From NCBI GenBank assembly GCA_052388135.1, contig JBQTIM010000069.1, forward strand, positions 4,290 through 68,289: a stretch of 64,000 nucleotides of DNA. The letters run 5' to 3'. This DNA comes from Elusimicrobiota bacterium (lineage in GTDB: Bacteria; Elusimicrobiota; Elusimicrobia; FEN-1173). A program made the translations under genes and the position numbers. The notes beneath the pieces are model-generated. The model worked only from the letters and a program-made list of their open reading frames with translations, was not told where the DNA came from and did not search any database. Below, one piece after another: positions 14,615-25,783 of the stretch; position 1 is the stretch's first letter; each line of letters begins with the position of its first letter.

Positions 14615-15735
14615 GCCGTTTCCGTTTCCAATTTAATCGCTCCGCCTCCCAGCACCTCGTCCCCGGCGTAGAAAACGGCGGCTTGGCCGGGCGTGACCGC
14701 CCGTTGCGGGACGGCCGGCGTCACCCGCGCTTGGCCGGGCGCGCCGTCCGTCAGTTGAATCCGACAGGGCGCGGGTTCGTGGCGGGAGCGGATTTTCACG
14801 CGGGCGTCCAACTCCGGCGCGGGGGGCGCGCCCCGCACCCAGCTGAGGTCCCGCACCCAAAAGCTTTCGGAAAGCGTTTCCTCATCCGAACCCACCACGA
14901 CGGTGTTGGTGCGGACGTCCAAATCCACAATGTAGGCCGGCTTGCCCAGGGAAAGGCCCAGGCCCTGCCGCTGTCCCCTCGTGTAGAAGGCCACGCCCTT
15001 GTGCGTGCCCAGAACGCGGCCGGCGGTGTCGCGGATGTCGCCGGGCCGCGCGGTGGAGGGCCGCGCCGCGCTCTCTTGGAATTGCGATTCCAGGTAGGCG
15101 GCGGCGTCGGCCCCGGGGACGAAGCAAATTTCCTGGCTGTCGGGCTTGTCCGCGGTTTTGAGGTTCCAGCGGCGGGCGATGTCGCGCACGGCCGGCTTGG
15201 TCAATTCGCCCAGCGGAAAGAGAATGCGGGCCAACTGTGCCTGCCTCAAATTGTAAAGGACGTAAGACTGGTCTTTGTGGGCGTCCGCCGCGCGGTGGAG
15301 ACGATAAATGGTGGCGTCTCCTTCCTGGAACGAAGACGCGCGGGCGTAATGGCCCGTGGCCACGGCGTCGGCGCCCAGGGCCACCGCCTTGGCCAGCAGA
15401 GCGTCGAACTTGACGAAGCGGTTGCAGGCGATGCAGGGGTTGGGCGTTTCGCCGGCGGCGTAGGCGCGGACGAAGGGGTCCATGATGTTGTCCTTGAAGA
15501 CGCCGGAAAAATCCAGCACGTAGTGGGGAACGCCCAGGCGCGCGCAGACGTCGCGGGCGTCGTCTATGTCGCGTGTGGAGCCGCAGCAGCCGAAGCCCGT
15601 CTCTTTTTTCAGCAGGCGGAGCGTCACGCCGATGACGCGGTGCCCCTGCTCGTGGAGCAAGGCCGCGGCCACGGATGAGTCCACGCCGCCCGACATGGCG
15701 ACGACGATGTGCTTATGAGTTGTGCCCATGTCCAT
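14611..15735 (-). CDS. mnmA: tRNA-specific 2-thiouridylase MnmA
   Basis: PP-loop 'VAMSGGVDSSVAA', the conserved Cys pair 'PNPCIACN' and 'QSYVLY' are all typical of MnmA/TrmU. Confidence 0.85.
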   Translation of the reverse strand: MDMGTTHKHIVVAMSGGVDSSVAAALLHEQGHRVIGVTLRLLKKETGFGCCGSTRDIDDARDVCARLGVPHYVLDFSGVFKDNIMDPFVRAYAAGETPNPCIACNRFVKFDALLAKAVALGADAVATGHYARASSFQEGDATIYRLHRAADAHKDQSYVLYNLRQAQLARILFPLGELTKPAVRDIARRWNLKTADKPDSQEICFVPGADAAAYLESQFQESAARPSTARPGDIRDTAGRVLGTHKGVAFYTRGQRQGLGLSLGKPAYIVDLDVRTNTVVVGSDEETLSESFWVRDLSWVRGAPPAPELDARVKIRSRHEPAPCRIQLTDGAPGQARVTPAVPQRAVTPGQAAVFYAGDEVLGGGAIKLETETA

Positions 15736-15745
15736 ACGCCCCGGT

Positions 15746-15826
15746 CGTCATGCCGGCGAAAGCCGGTATCCAGATGAATGGAAAGTTTCTATAAGCTGGA
15801 CCCCGGCTTTCGCCGGGGTGACGGTT
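15746..15826. repeat. dispersed hairpin repeat, a double module: cgtcaTgccggcgaaagccggTAtcc … ggaCCccggctttcgccggGGtgacg. GNRA-loop stems form a larger inverted structure in the iscU–mnmA spacer.
   Basis: Related modules occur at 30528–30560 and inside the 38551–38680 element. Confidence 0.5.
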
Positions 15827-15827
15827 C

Positions 15828-16211
15828 TTAAAGTGCTGGTCCCTTTTTCTGCCGGTTCGCGTAATCTTCCAAAGCCGACGTCAGCGCCTGTGCCGCCAGG
15901 ACGGAGCAGTGCATCTTGATGGGGGGAAGTCCGCCCAGGGCTTCGGCCACCTGTTCGTTGGTGACGGCGGCGAGCTCGGCCAGGGTTTTGCCCTGCACCA
16001 GTTCCGTAAGGATGGAAGACGTGGCGATGGCGGCGCCGCATCCGAAGGTCTTGAAAGAGGCCTTGGCCACTTTTCCGTCGGCGATTTTCAGGTAGAGGCG
16101 CAGAATGTCGCCGCACACCGGGCTTCCCGCCTTGCCCACGGCGTCGGCGTCGGGCAGGTCCCCGGTGTTGCGCGGATTCTGGAAATGGTCCATCACTTTG
16201 GGCGAATACAT
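15828..16211 (-). CDS. iscU: Fe-S cluster assembly scaffold protein (IscU/NifU N-terminal-domain type)
   Basis: 'MYSPKVMDHFQNPRNTGDL…GSPVCGDILRL…FKTFGCGAAIATSS…KMHCSVLA' carries the conserved Cys ligands. Its start overlaps the nifS stop as TAATG. The upstream part of the track ORF is spurious. Confidence 0.85.
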   Translation of the reverse strand: MYSPKVMDHFQNPRNTGDLPDADAVGKAGSPVCGDILRLYLKIADGKVAKASFKTFGCGAAIATSSILTELVQGKTLAELAAVTNEQVAEALGGLPPIKMHCSVLAAQALTSALEDYANRQKKGPAL

Positions 16212-17449
16212 TACCGTCGCGCCTTTTCTTCGGCCATTTTGTCTTCCCACAAGGGAGACATGTTGCGGAGCTTCTCCACCACGGGGGGGACGATTTCCAA
16301 GGCGGCGTCCACATCGGCTTCGGTGCTGAAAAGGCCCAGGGAGAAGCGCACGGTGCCGTGGATCATGTGCCGCGGAACGCCGATGGCGGTCAGCACGTGG
16401 GACGGCTCCAGCATGCCGGAGGCGCAGGCCGAGCCCGTGGAGCAGGCCAGGCCGGGGAGATCGGTTTTGTGCAGGGCGAACCCCGCCTGGTCCAAGGCCA
16501 AGACCAAGCCTTCGCCCTCCACGCATTCAAACGTGAGGTTGGTCGTGTTGGCCAGGCGTTCCGTGGGATGGCCGTTCACGCGCACGTAGGGGACGCGCTT
16601 CAGCAGGCCCTTTTCCAAGCGATCGCGCAGGGACCGGACGCGCGGTTCTTCCCGGGGGATCTCCCGGGCGGCCAGCGCGCAGGCCTCGCCGAGGCCCGCG
16701 GCCCCGGCCACGTTCTCGGTGCCGGCGCGGCGGTTTTTTTCGTGGGTGCCGCCGTGCAGGAGGGCGTGAAGCTTCACGCCTTTCCGGATGTAGAGCGCGC
16801 CGACGCCCTTGGGCGCGTAGAGCTTGTGGCCGGAAATCGTGAGCATGTCCACGGGCCAGGCTTTCACGTCCACGGGGATTTTTCCGGCGGACTGCACCGC
16901 GTCCGTGTGGAACAGGACGCGCCGGGCGCGGCAAAGCTCGCCCAGCTCTTGGATGGGCTCCACGGTGCCGATCTCGTTGTTGGCGGCCATGAGGGAGACC
17001 AGGATGGTGTCGGGCCGAAACGCCTTTTCCAGATCGGCGGGCCGGATGCGCCCGTGCTCGTCGACGGGCAGGCGCGTGACCTGGAAGCCGTGCTCCTTCT
17101 CCAAGTAATCGAAGACGTGCAGCACGGCGTGGTGCTCGATGACGCTGGTGATGAGGTGCGTGCCCTTGGAGCGGTGGGCGAAGGCCGCGCCCTGGATGGC
17201 CGTGTTGTTGGACTCGGTGCCGCAAGAGGTGAAAATGATTTCCGAAGGGTCGCCGGCGCCCAAAAAGGAGGCCACCCGCTCGCGGGCGTTTTCCAATGCC
17301 GCCCGCGCGGTTTGCCCGGCGGCGTGCAGGCTGGAAGGGTTCCCGTAGGCTCCGTCGTCGGTCAAATAAGGGCGCATGGCCTCGAACACTTCCGGCCGGA
17401 CGGGCGTGGTGGCGTTGTAATCGAGATAGATGAACTTGCCGGGCGCCAT
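16211..17449 (-). CDS. iscS: cysteine desulfurase (IscS/NifS)
   Basis: PLP-lysine motif 'SGHKLYAPKGVGALY' and active-site 'ACSTGSAC' are present. It lies between iscR and iscU. Confidence 0.85.
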   Translation of the reverse strand: MAPGKFIYLDYNATTPVRPEVFEAMRPYLTDDGAYGNPSSLHAAGQTARAALENARERVASFLGAGDPSEIIFTSCGTESNNTAIQGAAFAHRSKGTHLITSVIEHHAVLHVFDYLEKEHGFQVTRLPVDEHGRIRPADLEKAFRPDTILVSLMAANNEIGTVEPIQELGELCRARRVLFHTDAVQSAGKIPVDVKAWPVDMLTISGHKLYAPKGVGALYIRKGVKLHALLHGGTHEKNRRAGTENVAGAAGLGEACALAAREIPREEPRVRSLRDRLEKGLLKRVPYVRVNGHPTERLANTTNLTFECVEGEGLVLALDQAGFALHKTDLPGLACSTGSACASGMLEPSHVLTAIGVPRHMIHGTVRFSLGLFSTEADVDAALEIVPPVVEKLRNMSPLWEDKMAEEKARR

Positions 17450-17453
17450 GGGT

Positions 17454-17969
17454 TTAAGAGACCAGGGCGGGTTGGGATGGACGCGCGGCTTTGCGGGAAC
17501 GGGCCGGCGGCTCTCCCTCGCGGGCGAGGTCGGCGATGGACGTGGATTCCAGCACGTCGGAAATTCGGTTTTCCAGCTTCTTGCAGAACGTCCGGGACAG
17601 ACAGCCTTCCACGTCGCGGCAGTCGGGGCTGTAGTTTTCCGGAATGATGCAGAGGGCGGGGCCCAGGGGTCCCTCCAAGGCGGCCACGACGTCGCCGACG
17701 GAAATTTCCGAGGGGCCGCGGCGCAGGCGGTAGCCGCCCCGGGCGCCGCGCAGGGCCTCCACCAACCCGGCCTTCCGCAGGCGGGAGAAAATTTGCTCCA
17801 AGAAAGGCTGGGGCATGCCCTGACGCGAGGCGATGGCCGCCAGGGTGACGGGGGCGCGGACTCCGGTGAACGGCCGGTTTTTGCCGGCGGCGGGTTCGGT
17901 TTTCGCCTGCTGGGCCATGTCCACCAAGGCCCGCACGCCGTAGCTGACGCGGCTGGAAAGTTTAAGCAC
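17454..17969 (-). CDS. iscR: Rrf2-family transcriptional regulator (IscR-like)
   Basis: N-terminal wHTH 'MLKLSSRVSYGVRALVDMA' and Cys-containing C-terminal half. It sits upstream of iscS-iscU in the same orientation. Confidence 0.7.
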   Translation of the reverse strand: MLKLSSRVSYGVRALVDMAQQAKTEPAAGKNRPFTGVRAPVTLAAIASRQGMPQPFLEQIFSRLRKAGLVEALRGARGGYRLRRGPSEISVGDVVAALEGPLGPALCIIPENYSPDCRDVEGCLSRTFCKKLENRISDVLESTSIADLAREGEPPARSRKAARPSQPALVS

Positions 17970-18000
17970 CGCTAAATTGTATAAATTCCGACTAAAACCA

Positions 18001-19808
<1,808 letters not shown>

Positions 19809-19812
<4 letters not shown>

Positions 19813-21080
19813 GGCGGCGTTTCCCGCCCGCGCGCGGCGATTCGAACGGCGAGGCTCGCCGCGTCGGTTTCTTCCTGCGTGTGGTTCCGCAGGTCTTTCA
19901 GCAGAACTTTTCCGCGGGCCAGCTCGGACTCGCCCACGATGACGGCGTGGCCGGCTTTCCAAGCGTCGGCCCAGCGCAGCTGGGCTTTCAAACTTTTGTC
20001 GGCGGAGCCGATCTCGGCGGCGAGGCCGCTTTTCCGCAGTTCCTGGAGGATGCCGAAACCCGTCTCGCCGGTGCCCGGGCCGGCCAGGGCCACGAAGACG
20101 CGGGGGCCGTCCTCGGCGGGCTCTTTCGACAGGGAGTCGCCGTGGCGGGCGCGGGCGGCGCGGTCCATGCCCAGGGCGAAGCCGATGGCGGGCACGTCGG
20201 GGCCGCCCAGGGTTTTCACCAGGGAATCGTAGCGCCCGCCGGCGGCCAGGGCGTCTTGGCTGCCCAGGCCCGCGCCGGTGATCTCAAAAACCGTGCGGCT
20301 GTAATAATCCAGGCCGCGCACCAAGCGGTGGGCTTTTTCATAAAGAAAACCGACGGAGGCCAGAAGGGAGGCCAGCTCTTTGTCGTGGAGGCGGCAGGCC
20401 TCGCAGAGGGAATCGGCCACCACGGGGGCGCCGGTCAAGCGGGGGCCGTCGATCTTGCAGTCCAAACAGCGCAGGGGATTCTTGTCCAGCCGCCGCCGGC
20501 AGTCTTCGCAAAGCTCGCTTTGCCGGTCGGAAAGATATTTCACCAGGGCTTCCCGGTAAAGGGGGCGGCAGGCGGCGCACCCGAGGGAATTTAAAAGAAA
20601 TTTTGTCTCCGCCAGGCCGTAGGCGGCCAGCACGTCGCGGATCATCAAGAGCATGTCGGCGTCGGCTTGGGGAGAAGGGTTGCCGAAATGCTCGGCGCCG
20701 ATCTGCCAGAACTCGCGGTAGCGGCCGGCCTGGGGGCGCTCGGCCCGAAACATGGGGCCGATGTAAAAAAGTTTTTTGATGCCGGCGGTCCTGTCCCAGC
20801 CGCGCTCCAGGTAAGCGCGGACCACGCCGGCGGTTCCCTCCGGGCGCAGGGCCAGCTTGCGCCCGCCGCGGTCTTCGAACACGTACATCTCTTTCTCCAC
20901 GATGTCCGTGGCCTCTCCCACGGCGCGGGCGAACAGCTCCGCGTTCTCGAAGGCGGGCGTGCGGATCTCGGAATAGCCGTAGCGGCGGAAAACGGAGCGG
21001 GCGGCCTCCTCCAGCTGGTGGAAGGCCTGGGCTTCCCGGTCGGAAATGTCCCGGGTGCCCCGGGGCGCGGCGTATTTCAT
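19809..21080 (-). CDS. hisS: histidyl-tRNA synthetase
   Basis: 'RGTRDISDREAQAFHQLEEAARSVFRRYGYSEIRTPAFE', 'LRPEGTAGVVRAY' and 'GGRYDSL' are class-IIa HisRS motifs. Start taken as MKYAAP; its stop overlaps the aspS start. Confidence 0.85.
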
Positions 21081-21216
21081 AGCGTTAAAAGATACAAGAT
21101 AAGACTTGCGAAGGAAAGGCGGCCCGGCGGCTCTCCGGGCGGCGGCGGGGCGGGGCCGGTTTTGATCCGTTTGACAAAGCGAAGTTTCGGGGCTAAGTTT
21201 AATTGAGGTATAAACC

Positions 21217-23226
21217 ATGAGCCGGGCCGAGTGGCTGTTGTTTTTAAGGAAGATCCCTTTTTTCGCCGGGTTCAGCGACGACGAGCTCGACGGCGTCGCG
21301 GCCCGCATGACCTTGGAAGCCCTGCCCAAGGACGCGGTCCTGTTCCGCCAGGGCGACCCGGGGGACGCGCTTTACATCGTCTACTCGGGGCACTTGCGCG
21401 TGATGAGCGGGGAGAACGGCCAGTCGCGCATCCTGGCCCACGTGGGCCGCCGCGGCGACGTGTTGGGCGAGATGGCCCTTCTGACCGGCGAGCCGCGCCG
21501 CAACACGGTGGAGGCCGATTCCACCACGGAGCTTTTGGTCCTGCGGCGGAAAGATTTCGAACCTCTCCTGCGTGAGCGGCCCGCCATGGCCGTTCACATT
21601 TCCCGCTTCCTGTCCCGGCGCCTGGCGGACGTCATCAAGACCAAGACCGCGGCCACGGCGGGCAGCTGGACGCCGCGGATCCATCCCGTCATGAGCCACC
21701 TGTCCCTGCCCAACCGGGTGGTGTTCACGGTGAACCTGGCCTTGGCCCTGGCCGAGCAGACCCGGCGGAAAGTTCTGCTTCTGGACATCCACGACCAGGA
21801 GTCGGGCCTCTTCGCCATGTCCCTGGGGCTGGCGCCGGTGCGCAGCGGCGAGCGGTCCCTGCGGCACGAGGACCTGGCGTCGCCCGAAGTGCTGGCGCGG
21901 CTGACGGTGTATCACCCTTCGGGGCTCGAGCTCCTGAGCCTGCCCCTGTCGCTCATCGAGGGAAAGTTCTTCAGCTCCATCTACCCCTTGCTGGCCATCC
22001 TGCGCGAGGTCTACGACATCACCCTGCTGGTCATGCCCCCGCGCCTTTCGGCGGCGGCCCGGGCCGTTTTGGAGGAGTCGGACTCCCTGATTTACGTGGA
22101 GAAGGACTCGCCCTCGCCGGGGGACGCGGAGCTGCTGGAGGGTCTGGCCGGCTTCCGGACGGCGGACCAGATTTTCCGCGTGCAGCTGGCCGAGGGGCCT
22201 CCCATGCAGGGCGGACCGGCGGTGAACTTCCGGCTTCCCTGGCGGACCACCTTGGGGCGGGAGCGCATGGAGGCGCACAACGTTTTCCTGCCCGACGACG
22301 CGCCCCTGACGCGGCGCCTCATGGACCGCCTGGCGCGGCGCCTGGGCGGCCTGCGCATCGGCTTCGCCATGGGGTCGGGGGCGGCCTACGGCTACACCAT
22401 GATCGGCATGTTGAGGGTGATGGAGCGGCACGGCATTTTCCCCGACGTCATCGCCGGCACGTCCATCGGCGCGCTCATCGGCGCGTTCTACGCCGCGGGC
22501 AAGACGCCCGACGAGCTGGAGCGCATCGCCGTGAGCATCACCAAACGGAAGATGCTCGCTTTGGCCGATTTCACGGTGCCTTGGCAGGGCGTCCTGTTGG
22601 GCCGGGAGGTGCTGAAATTTTTGAAGGAGCATCTGGGCGACAAGACGTTCGAGGAGCTGGACACGCCCTTCGCCTGCGTGGCCACGAACATTCAAACCGG
22701 GGAAGAGGTGGTGCTGAAGCAGGGGAAAGCGGCGGAGGCGGTGCGGGCGTCCTTGTCCCTGCCGTTTTTTTTCCAGCCCTTCTTCCATCAAGGGAGCTAT
22801 TTGGTGGACGGCGGCCTGGTGAACCCGGTGCCCACGTCGGTGGTGGCGTCTTTGGGGGCGAACGTGCTCGTGTCGGTGAACCTCACCTGCCGCCCGTCGG
22901 AGAAGCGCTTCCCCGGCATGAAGCGCAGCAGCCGCCGCTATTCCTCCGCTTATTTGAAGGGCCCGAACATTTTTCAGGTGATGTTGAAAACGCTCTACAC
23001 CATGCAGTACGAGGTGGCGCTCACGCGGTCGGAGATTTCCCACGTCACGCTCACGCCGGACATCGCGGCCTTCGCCTGGTCGGAGTTTCACCGCGCTCCG
23101 GAGATCATCAAGGTGGGCGAGGAGCTCATGGAGGAAAGCCTGCCCAAGATCAAGGCGCTCCTGCCCTTCTACGCCGACACCTGCCGCGTGCCCCTGCGCC
23201 TGCCGGCCGCCTTAGGCCGGTATTAG
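21217..23226 (+). CDS. cyclic-nucleotide-binding domain protein fused to a patatin-like phospholipase
   Basis: N-terminal cNMP-binding fold ('FRQGDPGDALYIVYSGHLRV…GEMALLTGEPRRNTV'). C-terminal patatin domain with oxyanion 'GSGAAYG', nucleophile 'GTSIG' and 'DGG'. Confidence 0.75.
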   Translation: MSRAEWLLFLRKIPFFAGFSDDELDGVAARMTLEALPKDAVLFRQGDPGDALYIVYSGHLRVMSGENGQSRILAHVGRRGDVLGEMALLTGEPRRNTVEADSTTELLVLRRKDFEPLLRERPAMAVHISRFLSRRLADVIKTKTAATAGSWTPRIHPVMSHLSLPNRVVFTVNLALALAEQTRRKVLLLDIHDQESGLFAMSLGLAPVRSGERSLRHEDLASPEVLARLTVYHPSGLELLSLPLSLIEGKFFSSIYPLLAILREVYDITLLVMPPRLSAAARAVLEESDSLIYVEKDSPSPGDAELLEGLAGFRTADQIFRVQLAEGPPMQGGPAVNFRLPWRTTLGRERMEAHNVFLPDDAPLTRRLMDRLARRLGGLRIGFAMGSGAAYGYTMIGMLRVMERHGIFPDVIAGTSIGALIGAFYAAGKTPDELERIAVSITKRKMLALADFTVPWQGVLLGREVLKFLKEHLGDKTFEELDTPFACVATNIQTGEEVVLKQGKAAEAVRASLSLPFFFQPFFHQGSYLVDGGLVNPVPTSVVASLGANVLVSVNLTCRPSEKRFPGMKRSSRRYSSAYLKGPNIFQVMLKTLYTMQYEVALTRSEISHVTLTPDIAAFAWSEFHRAPEIIKVGEELMEESLPKIKALLPFYADTCRVPLRLPAALGRY

Positions 23227-23248
23227 CCCGCGCCGGACGAAAGAACCG

Positions 23249-23300
23249 CGAAGCGAAGTTCCGCCATCGGCGTGGCGGGGCTTCGTTCCGCGGTTTTTTT
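23249..23300 (+). terminator. intrinsic terminator candidate downstream of the patatin gene: a long imperfect hairpin followed by T7
   Basis: 'aaccgcgaagcgaagttccgccatcggcgtggcggggcttcgttccgcggttttttt'. The inner stem ccgcca/tggcgg is perfect and the outer stem has 2 mismatches in 15. Confidence 0.5.
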
Positions 23301-23456
23301 AGCTGGGATTCCCCGGTTGGGCGCGAGAACCAAGACGGAAAAGACGGGCCTTTCTACGAAAAATGAGAGCGCAGCGGGGACTACGGCCGAACTTTTTTGT
23401 GAAGGAAAAAGGCCCGAATTTTTCGTCGAATTCGCGATCCAACCGGGGAGTCCAGG

Positions 23457-24287
23457 TTAGACCAGGGCTTCCCAGCGGGGGCGTTGGGGCGGGGGGCGGC
23501 CGCTTTTCTCCCAGTCGTCCCGGCAGGGTTCCAGGTATTCGCACCAGCGGCAGCGCAGGGGCTCGAAGGCCCAGGGGAAGGCGTCCAGCCTCTGCACGTC
23601 CATGATTTTTTCAATGCGCCGGCTCAGGTTTTGGGCCACCTGCGCCATTTCCCAGGGAGCGGGGACGGGGAACAGGATGGGCTCCTGCAGCGCGACGCGG
23701 CCGTCGGCGCCGTCGCCCTTGACGAAGACGTCGAAGCAGAGGCCCGTGGGCGGACGGCCGAAGAGCTTTTCGCAGGCCCAGGCGTAGATCACCAGCTGGG
23801 TCTTGTCGGCCGAGCGGGCGTCGTAGGGTTTGCTCGACGTCTTGAAGTCGTGCATGACGCCCTGAGCGTCCATCAGGTCGAACTTGCCGGTGATCTGGTG
23901 GCCGCCCGGCAGGGGGATCCTGAAAAAGCATTCCACGCCCCGCGGCGCGGGCTGAAGGCCGGGCGCCCGGTCGCGCATGAAAAGCTCCACGAAGTGTTCG
24001 CCCATGGCGCGCAGATAATGGAACTCCGCCGGGCCCCGCAGCTGGTCGTCGGGGACTTTGAGCAGGCCTTCCTCCAGCTCGCGCCGGAACACGGCCATCA
24101 CCTCGGCCAGGGGCAGGTCCCGCCGCGTTTCGATCTTCTGCCGGAAATTCGCCTCCAGGGCGGCGTGCAGGGCCACGCCGAAGGCCAGCTCGGGTTTGGC
24201 CGGGGCGGGCATCTCCCGCACGTAGCGGTACTCGTACTTTTTCGGGCAGAAATAAAACGTGCTGACTTTGGAGTAAGAGGCGTTCAT
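23457..24287 (-). CDS. Cas4-like / RecB-family PD-(D/E)xK nuclease with a 4-Cys (Fe-S) signature. It is stand-alone, with no cas genes or CRISPR array in the window.
   Basis: N-terminal Cys ('FYFCPKKYEY') plus C-terminal 'CRWCEYLEPC' give the C-Xn-C-X2-C-X5-C pattern. 'DLMD…HDFK' is the nuclease core. Confidence 0.65.
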   Translation of the reverse strand: MNASYSKVSTFYFCPKKYEYRYVREMPAPAKPELAFGVALHAALEANFRQKIETRRDLPLAEVMAVFRRELEEGLLKVPDDQLRGPAEFHYLRAMGEHFVELFMRDRAPGLQPAPRGVECFFRIPLPGGHQITGKFDLMDAQGVMHDFKTSSKPYDARSADKTQLVIYAWACEKLFGRPPTGLCFDVFVKGDGADGRVALQEPILFPVPAPWEMAQVAQNLSRRIEKIMDVQRLDAFPWAFEPLRCRWCEYLEPCRDDWEKSGRPPPQRPRWEALV

Positions 24288-24342
24288 GACCAGCCGGCCG
24301 CGCGGCGCTGCGGCGGACCGCCGGCCCGCCTTTCGCCCGGCC

Positions 24343-25746
24343 TCATTTTTTCTCCGTCCCGCCCACGATGATTTTCGGGATGCGCAGGGTGGGCACCCCG
24401 TCGGCCACGGGGACGCCCTGGCCGTCCTTGCCGCAGGTGCCGATGGCCCAGCCCAGGTCGGAGCCCACGCGGTCTATGGAACGCAGGATCTCGGGGCCGT
24501 TGCCCAGGAGGGTGGCGCCCCGCACCAAGTGCTTGACGCGTCCGTTCTCCACCCAGTGGCCTTCGTCCACCTCGAAAACAAAGTCGCCCGTGGCGGTGTT
24601 CACCTGGCCGCCGCCCATGCGCGTGACGTAGAGGCCGCGCGCCAGGGACTGCACGATGGCCTGGGGCGATTCCTTGCCCGGCGCGATGAAGATGTTGGAC
24701 ATGCGCGGGATGGGTTTGTGGGCGTAGGATTCGCGCCGACCGCGGCCGTTGGAAGGCCGGCCGTCCTTTTTGGCGCAGCGGCGGTCGTAGAGGTAATCCT
24801 TCAGGACGCCCCGGTCCACCAGAACCGCCCGCCGGGCGGGGACGCCCTCGTCGTCGTAGAAGAAGGATCCGCGGCGGCCGGGCAGGGTGGGATCGTCCAC
24901 CACCGTGACCAGGGGCGAGGCCACCGTCTTGCCGATCTTGCCGGCGAAATGGGGCGAGGCGCCTTCCTGCACGGCGTCGGCCTCCAGCGCGTGCCCGATG
25001 GCCTCGTGGATGAGGGTGCCGCCGGCTTCCGACGCGATGACCACGGCCAGCTCCCCGGCGGGGGCGGGCGGGGCCATCAGCTTGGCGATGGCGCGCTTGG
25101 CGGCGATCTCGGCCGCCCATTCAGGCGGCACGCGCTCGAACATTTCGGCCCCCTCGATGCCGCCCACGGCCTCGTAGGCGGTCTGAAGCAGGTCCCCTTT
25201 GGCCGCGGTGACGTGGACGGAAAACACCAAATAGATGCGTTCCTCGACGAAGAGCTCTCCGGCCGAGTTCAGGCAGGCCACCCGCTTGACGCGCTGGCCG
25301 TAGGAGACCGTCACCTGCCGCACCATGGAATAGACGCGCGCGGCCTTGTCGGCCCGGGCCATGAGGGAGGCCTTGTTCTTGAGCGAGACGGCGTCGGGGT
25401 GGATGCGCACCTTGTGGACGAGCGCGGGGGCCGGCTTCCAGACGATCTTGCGGCGGACGGCGGGCAGGCGGCGGGCCAGGTCGCCCGCCAGGGCGGCGAA
25501 GCGCTCTTTCTCCCCGTCGTCCAGGCCGTCGGAGAGCGGCCGGCGGGCGTCGGCGTGGACGTAGTGCGTTTCCCGGCCGCGCAGACAGCGCAGGCCGGCG
25601 CCGCCGCCCGAACCCTGGACGATGTCCTCCAGCTTCTGGTCCTCCCAGCGCATGGCCAGGTGGGAAGACTCCTCCAAATAAACGTCGGCGAAGTCGCCCC
25701 GGCCCAGAAAGCCGGCGTAGAAATCGGCGTGGGGAACGAGGGTCAC
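24343..25746 (-). CDS. tldD: TldD/PmbA-family metalloprotease
   Basis: 467 aa. 'HEAIGH' zinc motif and the conserved C-terminal 'GGGQVNTATGDFVFEVDEG…VENG' block. Confidence 0.8.
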   Translation of the reverse strand: MTLVPHADFYAGFLGRGDFADVYLEESSHLAMRWEDQKLEDIVQGSGGGAGLRCLRGRETHYVHADARRPLSDGLDDGEKERFAALAGDLARRLPAVRRKIVWKPAPALVHKVRIHPDAVSLKNKASLMARADKAARVYSMVRQVTVSYGQRVKRVACLNSAGELFVEERIYLVFSVHVTAAKGDLLQTAYEAVGGIEGAEMFERVPPEWAAEIAAKRAIAKLMAPPAPAGELAVVIASEAGGTLIHEAIGHALEADAVQEGASPHFAGKIGKTVASPLVTVVDDPTLPGRRGSFFYDDEGVPARRAVLVDRGVLKDYLYDRRCAKKDGRPSNGRGRRESYAHKPIPRMSNIFIAPGKESPQAIVQSLARGLYVTRMGGGQVNTATGDFVFEVDEGHWVENGRVKHLVRGATLLGNGPEILRSIDRVGSDLGWAIGTCGKDGQGVPVADGVPTLRIPKIIVGGTEKK

Positions 25747-25783
25747 GATGGGGCGTTTCCCGGGCGGGAGGCGGGCGGGCGCG

